Positions 60,509 to 64,000 of a stretch of DNA of 64,000 nucleotides are shown piece by piece; within the stretch, counting starts at the first letter, position 1; each line of letters opens with the position of its first letter. A program made the translations under genes and the position numbers. The notes beneath the pieces are model-generated. The model was not told the origin of the DNA, did not search any database, and saw only the letters and a list, made by a program, of their open reading frames with translations. Origin of the DNA: a virus; the IMG/VR virus record IMGVR_UViG_3300012156_000141. The stretch is one strand, 5' to 3'.

Positions 60509-61237
60509 ATGATTTATGTAATGAGTGATCTGCATGGATGCTATGACGAATTTATGGAGATGCTAGAGCAAATTAACTTTAGTGAAAAAGACGATTTATA
60601 CATAATTGGAGATGTTATAGATAGAGGGCCAAAGCCTATTGAACTTCTACAATATATTATTGCTCACCAAAATAATATTCATTTATTGATGGGTAATCAT
60701 GAAAGTATGATGTTTGATTGCCTGGTTCCGCCATATTATACTTATGAGGAAAAAGAAGACTTAAAATACAGTCCAAACTTAATATCTAATCGTAATCTGT
60801 GGATTGAATATAATGGTGGAGAGCTAACGGCCAAAGAATATAACAAGTTAACCTACAAGGAGCAAAGAGATATTTATTACTTTTTGAAAGAGTTAAAACC
60901 ATACGAAATCATTGAGGTTGGTAAACAAAATTTTATCCTAGTACATGCTAATCCAACAAGAGGATTTTGGGATTTAGTTAATAATAATCAGTCGAGTTGG
61001 GATTTGTTGTGGGAACGCATTTCAGAGTCTGATCTTGACTCTGACCTTGTCCCAGGATATGAAATCGTGGTTGGTCATACTCCGACAGTAAATTACGGTG
61101 AAGAGTATGCTGGAAAAATTATTGAAAGAGAAAATAAATATCTAGTAGACTGCGGTTGTGTCTTTGGTTATATGTTAGGATGTTTGTGTTTGGATAATTT
61201 GGAAGAATATTATATTAAGAAAAAAGATACTAATTGA
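60509..61237 (+). CDS. calcineurin-like metallophosphoesterase (PPP/ApaH type)
   Basis: SDLHG, GDVIDRGP, GNHE, VHA, GHTP, DCGC. Confidence 0.92.
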   Translation: MIYVMSDLHGCYDEFMEMLEQINFSEKDDLYIIGDVIDRGPKPIELLQYIIAHQNNIHLLMGNHESMMFDCLVPPYYTYEEKEDLKYSPNLISNRNLWIEYNGGELTAKEYNKLTYKEQRDIYYFLKELKPYEIIEVGKQNFILVHANPTRGFWDLVNNNQSSWDLLWERISESDLDSDLVPGYEIVVGHTPTVNYGEEYAGKIIERENKYLVDCGCVFGYMLGCLCLDNLEEYYIKKKDTN

Positions 61238-61421
61238 TGAGAAAAACAGTATATTATCCATCATATATAGGCAGTTCCTAAAAGTTTCTATTCCATAAGT
61301 GGTGAGCTATTCATATAGTAATTGTCTTGATAAATAGATTATGTGAGGTTATAATAAATTAAAGATTATACAAATTGCTATAGCCTTTGAGCATATAAAT
61401 CAAAAGGAGTTAAGAAGGAAG

Positions 61422-61679
61422 ATGAAAGCGAATGATATGAAATATAATATTGCTTATAAAGCAATTTCAGAAAGCACAGATGGAACTATTAGGATAGGAC
61501 AGCTAATGTGGCTGTCTTCTAATGGTGAATTGAATCTGCCAGATATAAATGGTGGAGGTGCTTTACTGGAGAGTGAGTGGCGAGATAAAAGAACTGTTGA
61601 CTTTGAGGTCGAAGAAGCTAATAATTATGTCATAATAGTAGAGCCTGGAAGAGAGCTACTAAAATTATTAGCTGACTAG
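61422..61679 (+). CDS. hypothetical protein
   Basis: 85 aa with RBS. Confidence 0.7.
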   Translation: MKANDMKYNIAYKAISESTDGTIRIGQLMWLSSNGELNLPDINGGGALLESEWRDKRTVDFEVEEANNYVIIVEPGRELLKLLAD

Positions 61680-61923
61680 AGTCAGGATCACTGATTGGCG
61701 GACATCCTTATAAATGAGTTTCGTATGAAAGGTAAAGAAGCAGAGCCAACAGTACATAAGTCAAATTATTCAGTTCTAGGGTTTAGGAGCCAGCAAAGGG
61801 CATTAGGCGGTTATCGAATCACTAAATTATAATTAGCTAAAAGAGGGTAGAACCCTCTTTTTTTGTTTTTTTTCTATATTTCTTTCATATTAATAATAGA
61901 ACAATAAATAGGAGAAAAGGCTT

Positions 61924-62931
61924 ATGAAAAAAACAAAGAAAGTATTGCTATCATTACTTATGATAAGCACTATGTTATTACCACAAACCATCTATGGTGC
62001 GGAAAAAATTAAATCAATTAGTCTAAAGTTTGATGCCGAGATGGAAGATGACTACGGAGGCGCTCCAGATTTAGATATTACATCAAAAAGCAATAAATAT
62101 ACAGTTGATGATTACGAAATTACAAATGCACTTGAGGACGAAGATGATGAAGATATATATGGCGGGCCAGGAGCTTTGCAGACAACTAAGACGCAAACCT
62201 CAAAAAAAACTACAGATGAGGTGTTTAGTTGTGAAATCACTTTATCAGCAGCAGACAATTATGTTTTTGATACTTTAAAAAAATCAGATATTAAATTAAG
62301 TGGTTTTGATGCATTATGTACGAAAGCTTCCAGAAAAGACTCTGGAAAAACATTAGTGCTTACCGTGGAATTACCCGGAGTTAGGAAAGGGATAAGAAAT
62401 GTAGAAGCTGCTACCTGGGAATCTCCAGGAGTAGCAAATTGGACTCATGCTAAAAATGCGACTACTTATATACTGAGATTATATAAAGAAGGAAATCTAA
62501 AGGGAACATATGAAACCGGAGGTACTCGTTTTGACTTTTCGCCGGCCATGTTAAAACAAGGAAGCTATTATTATACAGTAAAAGCAATGGATGGAGAAAA
62601 TGGGTCAAAAGAAAGGGCAGAGTCAGATGCGGTTTTTATTAATGATGAGCAGGTTTCCAGAAATAAGGACAGATATTCATTAAAATATGATAATGCTATT
62701 GTAACAGCGGGTCCTAGTGATCGAACGGCACCAATAAATGCCGGTTGGCAAAAAGAGGAAGGTAGATATTGGTATCGCTTAGATAATGGCATGTATCCTC
62801 AAATGAATTGGCTACAGTTAGGTGATGATTGGTATTTCTTTGATAAAGATGGATATTTGCTAACAAATGATAGTCTTACATGGAAAGGTAAAACATATTC
62901 GTTTGATAATGACGGACGGCTTATAAATTAA
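61924..62931 (+). CDS. secreted protein with FN3-like domain and C-terminal cell-wall-binding repeats
   Basis: Signal peptide; GSYYYTVKA; GWQKEEGRYWY and WLQLGDDWYFFDKDGYLL repeats. Confidence 0.8.
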   Translation: MKKTKKVLLSLLMISTMLLPQTIYGAEKIKSISLKFDAEMEDDYGGAPDLDITSKSNKYTVDDYEITNALEDEDDEDIYGGPGALQTTKTQTSKKTTDEVFSCEITLSAADNYVFDTLKKSDIKLSGFDALCTKASRKDSGKTLVLTVELPGVRKGIRNVEAATWESPGVANWTHAKNATTYILRLYKEGNLKGTYETGGTRFDFSPAMLKQGSYYYTVKAMDGENGSKERAESDAVFINDEQVSRNKDRYSLKYDNAIVTAGPSDRTAPINAGWQKEEGRYWYRLDNGMYPQMNWLQLGDDWYFFDKDGYLLTNDSLTWKGKTYSFDNDGRLIN

Positions 62932-62992
62932 ATTTATACTCTTATTGTTTTTTACATAATATTCCTATCAAAGAATAAATGGAGGATTACAT

Positions 62993-64000
62993 ATGTATTA
63001 TAAAATTTTAAAGAAAGATATGTTGCACTATAATATGCAGTATAAGGAAGGTTTGAACATCGATGTAGAACCCTTTGATCCACGTACTTGTTGTAGAGGC
63101 GGCTTATTCTTTTCAGACGAGAAGCATATATTAGGTTTTTGTGATTATGGTGATTTAATTGCAGAAGTTACAATTCCGGGAGGCGAGAAGATTGTACCAG
63201 TAGCAGAAAAGTATAAAGCTCATAAGATTATCTTGTCTAACATCAGAGAACTGTGGGCGGTAGAAACTTTTGAGCATTTGATTAGTAAAGGAGCAGACAT
63301 TCATGCAGGTAATGTTTATGCCTTACAAAGTGCGGCACACAACGGGCACTTGGAAATAGTAAAATACTTAGTACAGCAAGGCGCATATATTCATGCCAAT
63401 GATGATTATCCTTTGCAAAGGGCTGCATGTAATGGACATTTGAATGTAGTCAAATATTTGATAGGGCAGGGAGCCAATATTCATGCTGCTAATGATTATG
63501 CTTTGAGATGGGCTGCATATAATGGTCACTTGGAAGTACTTAAGTATCTGATGGAAAAAGGTGCCAATATTCATGCTGCTAATGATTATGCTTTGAGATG
63601 GGCTGCATATAATGGTCACTTGGAAGTAGTTAAATATCTGATGGAAAAAGGAGCAGATATTCATGCTGATAATAACTATGCTTTAAGATTTGCAGCAGAA
63701 TATGGTCACTTGGAAGTGGTTAATTATCTGTTAGAACAAGGCGCAGATATTCATGCTGGTGATGACTATGCTTTACAATTGGCTGCATATAATGGACGTT
63801 TGATTATAGTTAAATGTTTGGTGGAGCAGGGAGCCAATTTCCATGTGGAGAATGATTATCCTTTGCAAAAGGCTGCAAATAACGGTCATTTGGAAGTAGT
63901 TAAATATTTGGTGAATCAGGGAGCCAATGTTCATGCGGACAATGAGCTTGCTTTGCAAAAGGCTGCAAATAATGGTCATTTGGAAGTAGTTAAATATTTG
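62993..64000 (+). CDS. constant-head ankyrin-repeat protein (at least 8 repeats; runs off window; not in ORF track)
   Basis: GGAGG RBS; [22 protein letters not shown]...GGLFFSDEK head, then 30-aa repeats such as [30 protein letters not shown]. Confidence 0.92.
   Translation, partial: MYYKILKKDMLHYNMQYKEGLNIDVEPFDPRTCCRGGLFFSDEKHILGFCDYGDLIAEVTIPGGEKIVPVAEKYKAHKIILSNIRELWAVETFEHLISKGADIHAGNVYALQSAAHNGHLEIVKYLVQQGAYIHANDDYPLQRAACNGHLNVVKYLIGQGANIHAANDYALRWAAYNGHLEVLKYLMEKGANIHAANDYALRWAAYNGHLEVVKYLMEKGADIHADNNYALRFAAEYGHLEVVNYLLEQGADIHAGDDYALQLAAYNGRLIIVKCLVEQGANFHVENDYPLQKAANNGHLEVVKYLVNQGANVHADNELALQKAANNGHLEVVKYL

Noticed and set aside
63368-63979. Minus-strand repetitive ORFs 63368-63664 and 63773-63979
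   Set aside because: Antisense of the plus-strand ankyrin gene starting at 62993.
1-64000. Stop-codon reassignment (TAG recoding), suggested by the amber in recA
   Set aside because: Long genes are intact in the standard code and several genes end at TAG directly before the next RBS or spacer; only one internal TAG was seen.
1-64000. Definitive call as prophage or jumbo phage
   Set aside because: No capsid, terminase, portal, tail or integrase genes are visible, and the sortase/adhesin content fits a megaplasmid equally well.

Overview
AT-rich Firmicutes (Clostridia/Lachnospiraceae-like) accessory DNA. It most likely comes from a very large extrachromosomal element (megaplasmid or jumbo-phage-like replicon). 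No virion structural, rRNA or ribosomal-protein genes are visible, so the replicon type is inferred. The window is a patchwork of short transcription units with intrinsic terminators, most starting with a shared non-sigmaA motif, CATA[ACT]T. Main content: (1) two giant Cna-B/SpaA-domain surface proteins that look like halves of one adhesin split inside an isopeptide domain, plus a class B sortase; (2) a radical SAM/SPASM enzyme co-transcribed with four otherwise unrelated proteins that share the N-terminal tag MKxRx[DG][FY]VTNSSSSSF; (3) ADP-ribosylation genes: a WGR-PARP, a macrodomain, an ADP-ribosylglycohydrolase, a Nudix hydrolase and a NADAR-like candidate; (4) three paralogs of a constant-head, variable-ankyrin-repeat gene; (5) eight tRNAs, including a rare tRNA-Ile(UAU), with structured spacers; (6) host-like genes: MecA, RuvC-like resolvase, amber-interrupted recA, YyaC, HPr-like, DnaJ-domain, TerD-like and a DNA methyltransferase. 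All assignments are by eye from motifs; no database searches were run.
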